A stretch of DNA of 64,000 bases from Paragordius varius (Eukaryota; Animalia; Nematomorpha): assembly GCA_964247055.1 (NCBI GenBank), contig OZ176052.1:8742001-8806000 (forward strand), written 5' to 3'. The translations under genes were made by a program, and so were the position numbers. Below, in pieces: positions 14,971-28,445 of this stretch. Position 1 is the first letter of the stretch; every line of letters begins with the position of its first letter. The notes under the pieces were generated by a model. That model had not been told where the DNA came from. It searched no databases and saw nothing but the letters and a program-made list of their open reading frames with translations.

Positions 14971-16339
14971 GAAAATAGATGAGGATCTAAATGTTAACCA
15001 ATTTTTAACATTTAATGAAAATTAATAAGGATGTTTCCTATATTCCCATATTCAATATCTTTTTAAGAAAAATGTTTAAGCATGATATTCTTGTTATTAT
15101 TTTAACCTTGGATACCTATTAAAAGTTGTATTGAAAATACAAGATATTCGGAAGAATATTTTGTTTTATATTAGCATAATAATGAATCATATATGCAATC
15201 GAGGTTAAAGAAAGACAGGAATAAATGCGACCTAACTTCTCAAAACGTGATCATAAGCATGTAAAATCTGGATAATATTACAAACTACTTGTTAAAACTT
15301 TAAAAGAGTCCAAATGATAATAATAGGAATACCTTTTTACAGTAAATGCTAAAAGATCTTATTCACTAAAATTATTTATTGATTCTATCTTTACAACAAA
15401 TAATTATTATTTTTGTCTTTTATAATGTGTAATCATCTAAGGGAAGCAGCGATTTTCATTGATTTTCTCAATTTTACTCATATTTGTTGGTTATTTTATA
15501 ATATTGGAAAGCATAAAAATAAGTTTTTTATGGTTTATTGAATCCATCTTTCCCAGTTAGTTAATTTCACTTGAAAATTATGTGAATGGTAAAGAGCGCA
15601 TAAGAACAAATTTTTTAAATTAAAAAAATGATTAATGAAAAAAGAGAAGATATATGGACTGGAACGTTCCAAAAATTTAATTTAAATAATGGATTAATAC
15701 TTCTTAAAATTAATAATATTTTATGGTTAAAAGGCAGCAATTTCAGTTTTATGCAATTGTGTTTTTGATTATTTAAAATATAATGACTGAATGTGTATTA
15801 ATATCATATGTGTAATCCTTAAAAGAAAGAATTTTTTATTATTTTGAATCTAGCTATGACTAATGATCTGGACAAAAGTAATTTTCCATTTCCAAATGTC
15901 GAAAAGTAATTGAAAGACGATAGCCATGAAACTCGCATTGTTATGAGGAAACCTTCCGTTATTATGATAACCAAAATTTTGGCTCAATTAAGAAATAATT
16001 TTGACTCTAACCATATATAGTAGAATGAAAGCATACAGACAATAAAAATTAAAAGACAAATATTTTGTTAAAACACAATCACTCTCTTGTACCTAAACTG
16101 TTCCTCTATAAAAGTTTTAATGGATTACAATAGTAAAATGTTAATAATGTGTGATACCATTTATATCTCTGCTAGCGTAAATCTCGTGCTGTTACGCAAC
16201 CCGAGGAAATCCTTCGGACTTGTGGGAGGCTATCTAAAAAAGGGACAATAAAAGGATCCATATATGTGGATTATTTTGAAATATAATTTAATAGCTATGA
16301 TCTCATAGGATTTTCAAAACGGTGAATTCCTACTGATAT

Positions 16340-18070
16340 ATTGTTTACTGATGTAAAGGCCCCAAATTGACGGCTAACGGAAAAAACCGTTATACTATAA
16401 TTTTAACCTTTTTTGGGTAATATAAGCCTTTATTCAACTCGTATAACTTCTTAGGTTTTTTGAAAATCAGCTCCAAAGCCACGCTATTTTTGTATGGCGT
16501 TTCAGTTATAAACCGGTAGACCCCTACCATAGACCTATATGGAAAAAGCGCTAAGTTAATTTTTTAGCCTTTATAGGGAAAAAATTTGGAATCATCTTGG
16601 AGAACATCGTCTCATGGGTTATTCGAAATAATACCTCAACACTAAATAATCGTTATATGATGGCGTATTTTTAGGGCATAAAGGCCCCAAATTAACGGTT
16701 AATAAAAAATGACCTGACCAAAATTTTTACTTACGGGTAATATTTCAAACTTTAAATGAGCGCATATGGCATAAGTTTTAATAGTTCCAAAACAACGCAA
16801 TTTCTATATAGTGGCGCAGTTTTTGGCGGGTAGCTTCTTACCCAGAGGCAGGTATAAAAAAGCGTCTAACAAAATGTTTGTCCTTATATGGGGAATATCT
16901 GGAATTATAACGTCCATATGTTCCTATTCTTGGAATTGCTTCAAAACCAAAAAATTGTTCTATGGCGGCGAATTTTTCAGGGCATATTTTTAGCGACTCA
17001 TTAAAATAACCCCCTATACTAAAATATTTGTTTTTTAAGGGGTAAAATATTTTAGGCCCTTATTAAACTCACACGGTCTCATAAGTTTTTTGAAATTTGG
17101 CTCCAAAGGCATGCTGTATCAATATAGTGACGCATTTTTACGCTGGTAGCCCCCTACTCAGAGCCTATTTAACCGCTAATTTAAAAAATCCGCTCGACAT
17201 AAATTTTTGCCTTTTTACGGGTAATATTTCAAGCCCTAATAAATCTTATATGGCCTGATTTCTGAAAATTAATCCTAAACAACGCAAGTTTGATATGGTG
17301 GCGCAGTTTTAGGCGGGTAGCTCCCTATCCAGAAGCCAATATAAAAAAGACCTTCGAAATTTTTTTTTGCCTTTATATGGAAACACCTGGATCATCATTC
17401 ACTCCATATGCTCTTAACAGTTTTCGGAAAAATTGCCTCAAAACTAAATAATAGTTTAATGAAGCGCATTTTTTAGGGCGTAAGGGCCAATTTAGCCGCT
17501 AATTTAAAAAATCCGCTTGACTTAAGTTTTTGACCTTTTACGGGTAATATTTTAAGCACGGATTGAAATCATATGGCCTGATAGGTTTTCTGAAAATTAA
17601 CTCCTAAACAATGCAATTTTAATATGGTGACGCAGTTGTAGGCAAGCTTCCTACCTAGAGGCTGATACAAAAAAAGCGCTTGATCAAAATTGCCTTTTTA
17701 CGGAGAAAACCTGGAATCATGATTGATTCCATATGCTCCCATTAGTTTTCGGAAAAATTGCCTCAAAACTAAATAATAGTTCAATGATAGCGCATTTCTT
17801 AGAGCGTAAAGGGCCTATTTAACCGCTATTTTAAAACATCCGCTCGACTTAAATTTTTGACCTTTTACGGGTAATATTTTGAGCACGGATTGCATATGGC
17901 ATGATAGGTTTTTTGAAATTTAGCCCCAAAAGCACGCTATTTCGATATGACGGGTCAGTTTTTAGCGGGTATCTCCTTACCCAACAGCTATCATCAAAGA
18001 AACGCCTGACTAAAATTTTTGCCTTTTATCAGGAAATATCTGGAATCGTTATTGAATTTTTACAGTCTTA
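16340..18070. repeat. Tandem array, about 320-bp unit made of two related roughly 160-bp halves, about 5 units
   Basis: Anchor gggtaatat recurs near 16417, 16736, 17039, 17219, 17543 and 17869. Blocks tggcgcagtttt..gggtagct and aaattgcctcaaaactaaataatag also recur. Confidence 0.88.
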
Positions 18071-18074
18071 TACT

Positions 18075-18480
18075 TTGGGCGAAAAATAGTTTCAAAAAAT
18101 TATTTTTGCGGACTTAATTTTTGAAAAAAATGTTTACGAGGGGAGCGGGTAAAAAGAGGGCCTAAATTAAAAAAGCGAGCCAAATATGTTCGGCGCAATC
18201 GAAAAATAAGTAAAAGAAAATCATATTTGAAATCAAATTAACACGTTTTCGGGTGAATTGTCTCAAAGACACTTTTTGTGGACTTGTATTTTCAAAAAAA
18301 CCCGTATTTAACATGGGGTGGGCCCGAACTGGGAGCCTATTTCAAAAAGGCGAAGCTACTGTCAGAGCATTCATTAATGATTATATTTTTTCGATATTTG
18401 GATTTGAATGGGTCTACCGGTTTTCTGGAAACAGATAACAAAGCCACCACTTTCCATTTTTATAAATAAATAGATTTCTT
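18075..18480 (+). repeat. Dispersed repeat, about 400 bp; inverted copy at 39050-39430
   Basis: tatgttcggcgcaatcgaaaa, ggggtgggcccgaactgg and gggtctaccggtttt are found as reverse complements at 39105-39315. Confidence 0.85.
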
Positions 18481-20120
18481 ATTTATTATCCAAAACGATA
18501 GGTTATCATAAAAAAGTGAAAAAATATGTTAAAAAATATTTGTCTTTTATTTTTACGTTTTGTCTGTAGTCAAGTTTTACTGTATATAAGATGTCGTTCT
18601 TTCCTAGTCCCACTTCTGATTTCATGTGTTTTTCATAAAACTGAAACACTCTTTGAGTATTTCTGCCCTCAAGATTTTGGGACAAATAAGTTTTTTTACT
18701 TTCAGATAATATCAAAAATCAGTTGGCAGATATCCAAATAATTTGAAATAGTTAGCTTTTATATAATTTCTATAAATTATGTAAATGGTTAATAATAATG
18801 ATACACTATAAAATCCCTTAATTAATTATAATGAATTTTTATATCATAAAATCGCCTCTATGAAATATATTTTGAAAGAATATGATATTTAACCCCCTTT
18901 TGAAGGCGGACAAATTCTCTAATTAACAGAGGTGATAAATATGTTTATTACCATTGAATTATGTGGAAAAAATGTTTTTTTAAATATTTTAAGTGATTTT
19001 ATACCGTTTCCATCATGGTTTACATAATATAAGCTTCAAGAAATTTCGCCAAATATAACTATGTATGCTTTTCTTTTTAAAATATTTTTTTAACATATAT
19101 ATTAAAAATACCAATCCCACAATCTCTGCTCTTTTTCATCTATATAAGAAATACACATTTTTTAGAAAAGTCCGTGGGCTTTCCGCGCTCACGCATAATT
19201 ATTAAAATAAATACAATTGATTTGCTTATTAAATATATTTTATAAAATATTGCACTAATTCTGCGATACAAGCAAATACCAACAAGAAATATTTTTAATA
19301 AACGAGTCGCAAATCCCAAAACCAAACAAACATGTCTTTCTCTAAGGAATTAAACCCCATAACATGACTATATGAAAACCTCAACACCATCTAATATAGC
19401 GTTTATAATAAAAATTATTTTCCGATATTGATAAATAATATTAAAAATTATATAATTTATTTGATTATATTTATATATATCATAATAAAAAGCTTTATAT
19501 AAATCTTTAAACAAAAGAAAAATTGATTGGACGGAATGTATTTGTGAGAGAGGTGTGTGGTTTTTTAAAAGTGTGACCAAATTTATGATATGTAACCACT
19601 TTTAAATATTGGTCATCAGATATATAAAAATAAGATATTTTTCTAAAAAATTTAAAGGGAAAAAGATTATCACATTTAATAATCATTAAGTGTAAATATA
19701 TTTTAAAGTTATATATGAATTTGATATGAACACTTCGCTACATATTGCATAGATATTAATTATTTTGTGGGCATGACGCGAATTACCAATTTGTTTTTTT
19801 ACCTAAGATCAAATTTCAATTTATTTTTTATTGCTCAAATATTTTATTAATTCCTCTGTAATAGTCGCATTTATACAAATAAGGCTTATGTTAATGCCAT
19901 GCGTTAATGGGTAAGGACAGGTAGTTTATTTTAAAATGCATATTTAAACTTTTTATTATTGCTCTTAAATGTTATTTCCCTTCAAAAATTTTGCCTTATT
20001 TTTTAAATTCTCGGTATAGTTAAGCGCGTAATTAATTTCCGTTTGCTATACACTGCTGTAACCCTTTTTGGATATATTAACTTTTTCGAAAGTTAGAAAG
20101 GTACGCATTGGATAAGTATT

Positions 20121-20354
20121 TTAAATTAATCGTTCCTCTGGAGGTGGTTTGAGCACATGTTCCAATTCAACTCGTGAATTGGTAACTTCTTGTTTGGAGG
20201 GACTGTAAGCACCACGCGTAGCTCGTTTTTTCTTAGCTGAAATCATGAAGGCAATTAAAGCAACAATCGCTACGGCTAAGAGGACACAAACGATTGGAGC
20301 AACGATAGTTGTCATTTTACGTCGTGAGGACATGAGAGCTTGAGCAGTTGGATT
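20121..20354 (-). CDS. crb: crumbs exon 33: TM helix + 37-aa cytoplasmic tail
   Basis: [24 protein letters not shown], then [22 protein letters not shown]-stop; acceptor ttttttgcag. Confidence 0.97.
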   Translation of the reverse strand, partial: NPTAQALMSSRRKMTTIVAPIVCVLLAVAIVALIAFMISAKKKRATRGAYSPSKQEVTNSRVELEHVLKPPPEERLI

Positions 20355-23300
20355 CTGCAAAAAATAAAATATTTTGTAGCTACTTAAGTTAATAACTAAC
20401 ATGAATTGACGAAACCGTTTTTGGTTGGTTACGGTTCCGTCAATTATTTTATATCTAATTCTGGTTTCAAAATATCTATAAAAACGGTTCTGAATCAAAA
20501 GGATTCAATGTCAAAAAATTTTCTGCCACTTGGTGCCATTGTTTTTCAGTTAAATGATTCTAATTCGGTTTCATTATTATGTTTATACCTAATAATTTGA
20601 TATTATGTTTAAAAAATGTAACACAAATACAAACATTATAATGCAGTTTTTTTTCCTGAAAAATTTGAAAAACAGATAATAAATTAATTTTTGTTAAACC
20701 GTTTTGAAACCGCCGTTCCATTTTTAAAAAACATACACTGGATTGTTTTGGATATTATTTGGTTTTAAAACATATCCACAGGGTAATAGTAAAAGTTTCG
20801 GTTACATAAAAACGGTTCTAATCTATAGTATAACTATGCTTTAGTAAGGTCATCCCACTTGATATAAAACAAATTTTCATATTTATAATATCTTGGCTAT
20901 TTTTAGCGGCCCAACTTTAATATCTAGACGAAATAGAAATATAGTGTATTTTATTTTTTTCAATCTTATGGTAAAATAAAAATACCATAGTAAATCCAAG
21001 TTTTTTAATATAAATCAGTTGGAAATTAAATTATCTAGTATTGAATGTACATCCATAAAATAATAAGATTACAAGTTAATGTTTGCATATTTACAGTAAA
21101 GATTGGAGAAAACACGGTAAAAAATATTTAAAATAGCATCTACCGGTAATTTAGGATTATATCCTTAGTTGTGATCAAATCATAAATAACTTCTAAAAAC
21201 TAAGCAATTTTTATCTTAGTCATATCATACAAAACTTACTATTTGACAGAATTCACCGCGAAACGGATCTTTGCAAGTGCATTCCGCCACGGCAAAATCA
21301 TTTGAGAAAATGGCTTTGCATGTGCCCTCGTGTTGACACGGATTAACTGGTTCACACGGGTTTATAAGCTCGCATTTTTCCCCAAGATATCCAGTTAAAC
21401 AGTCACATTTATATCCTCCAACTTGGTTGACACATGTCCCATTATTCAGACAGGGATTAGGTTTATCGGGGGAACATTCGTTCAAATCTTCGGAACAATT
21501 TCGTCCACCAAAGCCTATTTTATTTTAACAAATTGTTAAAATTTCGCATATTTAAGATTATTGCTCGTAAATTAAGTTCAAACATTAGTCAAAATAATTG
21601 GGAAAAGAGTTTTATGAAATAAATTCAAACGACATATCATAAGAATAATGCATCAGGATTATTTTTTTAAGAATCTTTATTTGTTAATATAAATAATACT
21701 AAAGATATGCAACAGCCCTTTTTTCATTTAAACTCAACACTTTTTCAACCAAAAAAACTTTTTCAATCAAACTCAACACTATATTAATAAAACTCAATAC
21801 ACTAGAAAAACTCGACTAATAAATAATTTTTAAGTATTGGAATTTATTAACATATCTATTAAAATGTATTTAATAGGTTTTGGTCCAAAAATGGTTGTTA
21901 TAAAATTTTACTCCTGAAGCAAGTTTAGTTTAATATTTTGACTGAAAATTCAAAAATAAAATCAAATTTAAGATTAAGGGTTATTATTTAAACCGGGGAT
22001 GTCGAACACAAATGGCTTCTCGAACCACATTCGCAAAATATATGGGCATTGACAAATATTTTATAGATTTTAAACATGACTGTAAACACTATTATTTATT
22101 TCCAATATTCGGAAAGATTTGATCAAAATATTGACTCAGAAAACTAAATGTACTTAGATTTTGTGAAATCCTGCACTTAAAATTTCCTGCGGGGTGATAT
22201 CAAAGGTCCGCACGCAGCTTGGTTAAACATACCTGTTTTAAACGATAAAAATGCTCAAATTTTTTTAAAAGGTTTGTTACAGTCATTTGTCCTTTATTTT
22301 ATCCAAAAATTATTTTTTTGTTTAAAGAATGGAAAAAATAATAAAATAGTGTCGGAGAAGGCGAAAATTTTATATGGTAAAAATATGTTTATGTAAAAAT
22401 AAAATACACTAACAATAACAACTAACCTTTCATCTTAAAATTGTTAAAAGAGTTGAGAATCGTAATAAATTTTTAAGTATTTATTAATTCTTTTAACTAA
22501 TTTTAAGATGACGGGTTAGTTCGTGTATTTTCATTATACATAAACCATTTTTACCATATATGATTTTCGACGCCCTTCCCCAGACTTTTTACTTTATTAA
22601 TGAATATGATATTGTTAATACCATAGAGCTATTGTTTTTGAATTCTTTAACAAATATTTATACCCATTAAACAAAAAAATAAATTTTTGATAAAATAAAA
22701 GAACTGTAATAAAAATATGTAAAGTTTCCATGAAAAAATTGTTGAGTGTTGAGTTTGTTAGTAAAAATAAAGAATTCGAATAAAAAGGTGTGGAGATGAT
22801 AAAGAGATATTTATTTTGGTTTATTTACTCAAAAATAAGGAAAACAAAGATTGTCTCTTAAATATAAAATCCATATTTAAATGGCAAATTAGTTTATATT
22901 GTTGATTGTAAGAAAAATGATTCACAACTATTTAAAAACATTAATAATCCTGTAAACAAGATAAAACAATCTCTGCATATCAATTAAATTTTTACAAGTA
23001 AAATATACGAAATCCAAAAAAGTAAAAACCTGTTCCATCACAAATACATCGATACGAATTAATTTCGTCAAAGCATTTCCCACCATTTTGACATGGGTTG
23101 GGATCACATTCATCCGTATTGATGGAACAATGTATACCTGGAGACCATGTCAAAGTTGGTATTAGAATTGAGGTAAAACTCGTAAAAATAAAAATAGCAA
23201 CCGAATAAAGTGACAATAATGTATAGATAGTATGTTGTTGCATTGATAAAAAATATGCATTTTGACTTTTTTTGTACACGCGACAATACGTTTTTTGTAA

Positions 23301-26300
23301 ATTACAATATCAATCTCAATCAATTGTTTCAATTTTTGATTGCAAACTAATGTATAATCATTTAAACAAAAATAAGGTTAACGGTATTTACGCCTTTTGC
23401 AAATTGTAGGGAAACGTAGTTTAATTTTATAAAAAACATATCTTGTAGGTATATTATTATAGTGTTCATCTACCTGAACACAAAAAGTTTAAAAAAATAT
23501 TTTTGTTGTTGAATTAAATTATGGTGGATTACTATTGTCACACTAATATATTTATATTGCGCATGCCTATTAACATGACTTATAAAAAATCGATAATATT
23601 TTTTAAAAAAAATAAAATAAGGTAAAAAAAACTTTTCAACGTAAAAATATAATTGGGTGTTTGTGATGTTACAGTTTATCTATCAATTTTTTATGAGACA
23701 ATGATAACATACAAAGTTTAATGGTATAATTATAATTATATACATATTTGATGTTGTCTTTTTTGATTTAAGTTCAAGGATTTTACAGCTTTAGTTAACG
23801 CAATTTTTTTATTACCTATTAATTATCATAAAAAATTAGGCATCATATTTGCTATTACACAATTTAACATGGAGAACCAATTGTCATAAAATTATCGGCA
23901 TATGTGATGTACGAAAAATAATAAAATGGTGCAATGCTATGTTAAAATTATTGATCAGATATCGCATGAGTAAAAGACTAGATATGACTAAAAAATTCTT
24001 GTTTCAGCAGGGATAAGGGAATGTAGCAAATTTTGTGAATCAACATTTCAGACAAAACATCAGTTATTAGCGATGTAATATTTTATTAAAAATTTATACT
24101 GAAAACCAAAATTAATACTGATATAAATTATTAATATTATTTTGGAACGGATTTAACCTTGATAGGGCATATTAAATTAGTTGGATTTTTAATAAAAAGC
24201 ATAGTTAACAACAAGTATAATATCGCCTTCCATTATTCTTTAAAGGAAATAAGGAAAATTTCAAGTTATATTTGAGCCGCATCTTTAAAACTCATCTTCA
24301 AAATCTTTAAAAAATGTCAAATACATTTTAAATCTTCTCTCTTCTAACCTAATCTAGATTAAACATAAAACATTTTGCATTGCGAATTAATATAATATAC
24401 CTGAATATCCGGGTAAACATTTGCACGTGTAATTATCAATTTGATTTATGCAATCACCATTGACACAAGCATTGTCTAAACAATGGTCGATAGGTTCACA
24501 CAAAGGTTCAGTCCGATTGGGTGGGCAATCGCATGTAAAGTTAAGACCAAAAGCCATATTGGGTTTATTAAGGCATACGCCTCCAACGAAGCATGGATTA
24601 TTTTCTTTTGTACATACCCCAATGTCCGAACAATTGGGGCCAATGTGATTGGCATCGCATTCACACGTATAATTTAGGCCATACATGGGGTTAGGCTTAT
24701 TGTAACAGATACCCGAAACACACGGGTTGTAAAGGCAAAAACTTAGATTTTCACAAAACAATCCTGTATATAATAAATGATGGTTAATTAAATAAGTCTC
24801 TTATAGATAGCAAAACTTGTATAGGTAAGACAGTGTCCTCGAAGATGTCTCCTTTATGCTTTTGCCCAGGAGTGTCAAAACTAATAGCTTCGCAGGCCGC
24901 ATTTTTGACTAAAACTGGGGGAAGGGGCGATTCGAAATATATATGACATTCGCATTCATAAATATTTTATTAGATTTCAAACATAAGGCTGTAAAATGCA
25001 GACAGTATATAATATGTTTTTTAATTTTGCCAATTGGATATTCTTATTTAGAAAAATTGTTTAAAAAATATCAATTTTGGTAAGATTTTGTGAGCATATT
25101 TTTGCAAATTATGGATTTAAAATATTTCGCGGGCCTTGTGTTGACCACCCCTGCTTTTTCTTAGTTTTGTTGTCTTTGCGGATGATTTTTTCTTGTTTTG
25201 TTTTTGGTTTGTACGTTTAAAAAAAATTTGGAGTATTATTATTGCAATTATAATACAGCTAAAATTATATGAATTTATTGTGAATTTTCGATTACTATTA
25301 GTAATCTTTGTCAAACGTACAAAATAAAATTAAAATATAAACTAAAAATTAAAGTATAAAGTAAAAATATTTAATGAGATATGAAACTAAAATAGCCTAC
25401 CATAACTATTTTGGGCACAATTGCATCTCCATGTATTTGTTAATTCATCAATCACGCAAGTACCATTATTGTGACATTGTATGAGCGAACAATTAGCTTT
25501 CTCACATTTGGGTCCAGAGTATCCTGTGTGACAATCGCACATAAAGGAACCATTTGTATTAACACATCTACCATTCTCTCCGCATTCAGAGGTATTGGGT
25601 TGAGCACATTCGTCTATATCCTGATCACAGAATTCTCCTAAAAACGTAAATCAAGTGTTTATGGTAAAATAAATGATTTATAAATTTAAAGAAAAGGTTT
25701 ATAAATTATTGAGCTTCGTCATTATTTTATGTGAGAATAAAAAAGCAGTTCTTTTTCCTAAACCAATAACAATTAACCATTACCAAACGTTACTGATTTT
25801 ATATTTTAGGATCATTTCTTTATGTTTATTCTTAGTAACCTGTTCTCATAATAAAAAATGAATTTTTACGCAAAAATTAAAACATTATTTGAATTTGCTA
25901 CCTAAGAACTTGCACACAAAATCGAAAGACATAACCAATCAATCATCGTAAAATATTGCTTTTGCCTTCATATTAAAGCATTAATTTATAACGTTAATTA
26001 ATTTAAATTACAAATTTCCTGTATTGCATATAAATATCTTTTAAGTGGTAGTTTAAAATTTATTATCTCAATTATTGAACACCTGCATAAATAGATGATC
26101 CATAATTATCCGACATAATAATTTAATATTTAACAAAAATTAATAATTTAATTTGTTAGGTAAAATTTATTAAGTGGTAAAACCTTCAAATCCTGTTCCT
26201 TGACAATCACATTTAAAACCACCCGGAATATTTTGGCACGATCCTCCGTTCTGACATGGATTTTGGCCAGTGATTTCGCATTCATTTATATCCAAATCGC

Positions 26301-28404
26301 AAAATCTACCGGACCATCCTAAAAATATATTTAATCATTTTTTGCTATAATTGTTCGAAAAAATGTGTAGGAGGATGTAAAATAGTTTTGATATGCGCCT
26401 GTTTAGTTTTTTATGGAAATACAAGTTTTTGACGTTGAAATATTTTAATTGTTAAAACTGGTGTAACAAGAAAAGCCACAAAACTAGATTGAATATACAA
26501 AGCTATGCAAATATTTTGAAAGATATTGCTTAGTTATAAATATCATATTGGTTAAATAACTAAAATTTTGTCAGTATCAAAAAACTTTGGCATTTTTTAA
26601 TATTACTAACCTGATGGGCAATGACAACTGAAGTTTCCTATTTCATTGAGGCATATACCCCCATTTTGACACAACCCGTTAGGTAAATTTGATTGTGCAC
26701 ATTCATCAATATCTGCTTCACAGAATTGACCCTGGAAGCCAGGATGACACTTGCATCTAAAATTTATAGATATAGGGCTAATTATAAGTTAATATATTTT
26801 TTCAAAAATTATTTTTAAATAATTATTTATAAAATGTTCATTTAATTGTAAAATGTTACATATAATTGTCGTTAATATTATTTTCATCCGGTATGCAAGT
26901 TCCGTTGACACATTTATGATTACGACAAAAATCTTTGCGATGTTCGCATAAAACACCTTCAAACGCTGGTGGGCATTTACACACGAATGATACATTTTTC
27001 TAAAGACAAAAAAATGGATTAATGTCATACATATATTAATAAATTTCATAATATTTTTTATTTGTAATGTAGTATACGCTGAAAAAAAATGATTTATATA
27101 TATTTATATATATTAAAAACATTTTTTATATTAAGGTGTGAATATGTAGTACTTTAAAGCCTTATTGTTAAAGAAAGACTTTGAATGACCGTTAAAAAAT
27201 GTATGATTTATTTCATTAAAGAGGAATTTGGATAAAATTTGCATATATACTTTATTATAACAGTTTATACAGTAAACATGGTGTGTGCCTTGTCTCCAAA
27301 ACAAAATATAAAGTAAAAAAAATGTTTTAGAAAATGCAAAAATTTACATAATAATAAGTTCACATGGATGAGAGAACAAATTACTTACTTATTATGACAT
27401 TAATTTATATCCGATTTTTGAGACATAGAAAAGGAACCAGTTGTTAAAAAATGAAAAAGGCAATGGCAAAGTTTTGTTATCCAGTATTATCATTTAGATA
27501 AAATTTAAACCCAAAAAATGGAAATAAAACTTTGAATCAATATTCGGATTTATCAATATTTATTAATAATTAATTTTTTGACAAAACTATACAACTCTAA
27601 AAAATGTTAGAAATTATTGGGAAAAAAAACAACCTTTTCACCAGCCAAGTAATGAGATTCAGGTTGACATTGTCCTTCATTGTGACAAATGTTCCCTGTG
27701 GTGCAATCAAATGTGGTAGGGATGTCGCAAAAGTCCCCAAAAAAGTTTGGTATTTTGTCACAATCACACGTGTAATTAGATGGGCCTTGAGGTACGCACT
27801 GAGCCCCGTGAGAACATTTGTTGTTTTCGCATGGATCAATTTTTATTTCACATCTAATATGTCCAAATCATAAAGGTATAAATCGTGGAGGACTTTGTTA
27901 AAAAACTATTAAAGGGCTTTAGAGTAAAGAATGATGTAAAAACTATATTAAAAATTTAACCTATTAAATATTTTTTTTCTAATGTGAAAAAGCTAATTGC
28001 AATCATTGTAATACAGTCCACAAAAAAAGTTAATGCTAAAGTTTAGAAGAAAAAATGTTATATCATATTAGGATTGAATCCATACTGTATCTTATAAACC
28101 TTAACATTGGTCGAATGATGTGAGGAGGATTATTGCGCTAAATTTTGTAAGGCCTGATTTTTGTATACGTGATTATAAAATTACAAATTGTTTAATTTAT
28201 CTGGACTCATTCCAATTTATCATATGCATTTGCTTAAATATATATTTTTGTAAAAACATAATATTTTATCATTGGATATTTTTTAGAATAGTAATTAATT
28301 TTTTATGTGGTTTTTTTATTCAAAAGTTTTTATATCACGGATGTAATTTGATTTTGACCAAAAATCAGATATAATTATCATCCTTGAAAAAACGCCACAC
28401 TATC

Positions 28405-28445
<41 letters not shown>

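Noticed and set aside
16811-18741. Short ORFs within the tandem array and adjacent repeat
   Set aside because: Chance frames in repetitive DNA with no recognisable motifs, and not conserved between repeat units.
24448-24677. Plus-strand ORFs overlapping EGF exons (also 27604, 38246, 43468, 45306, 45682, 48084, 50907)
   Set aside because: They are antisense shadows of crumbs coding exons with no independent protein features.
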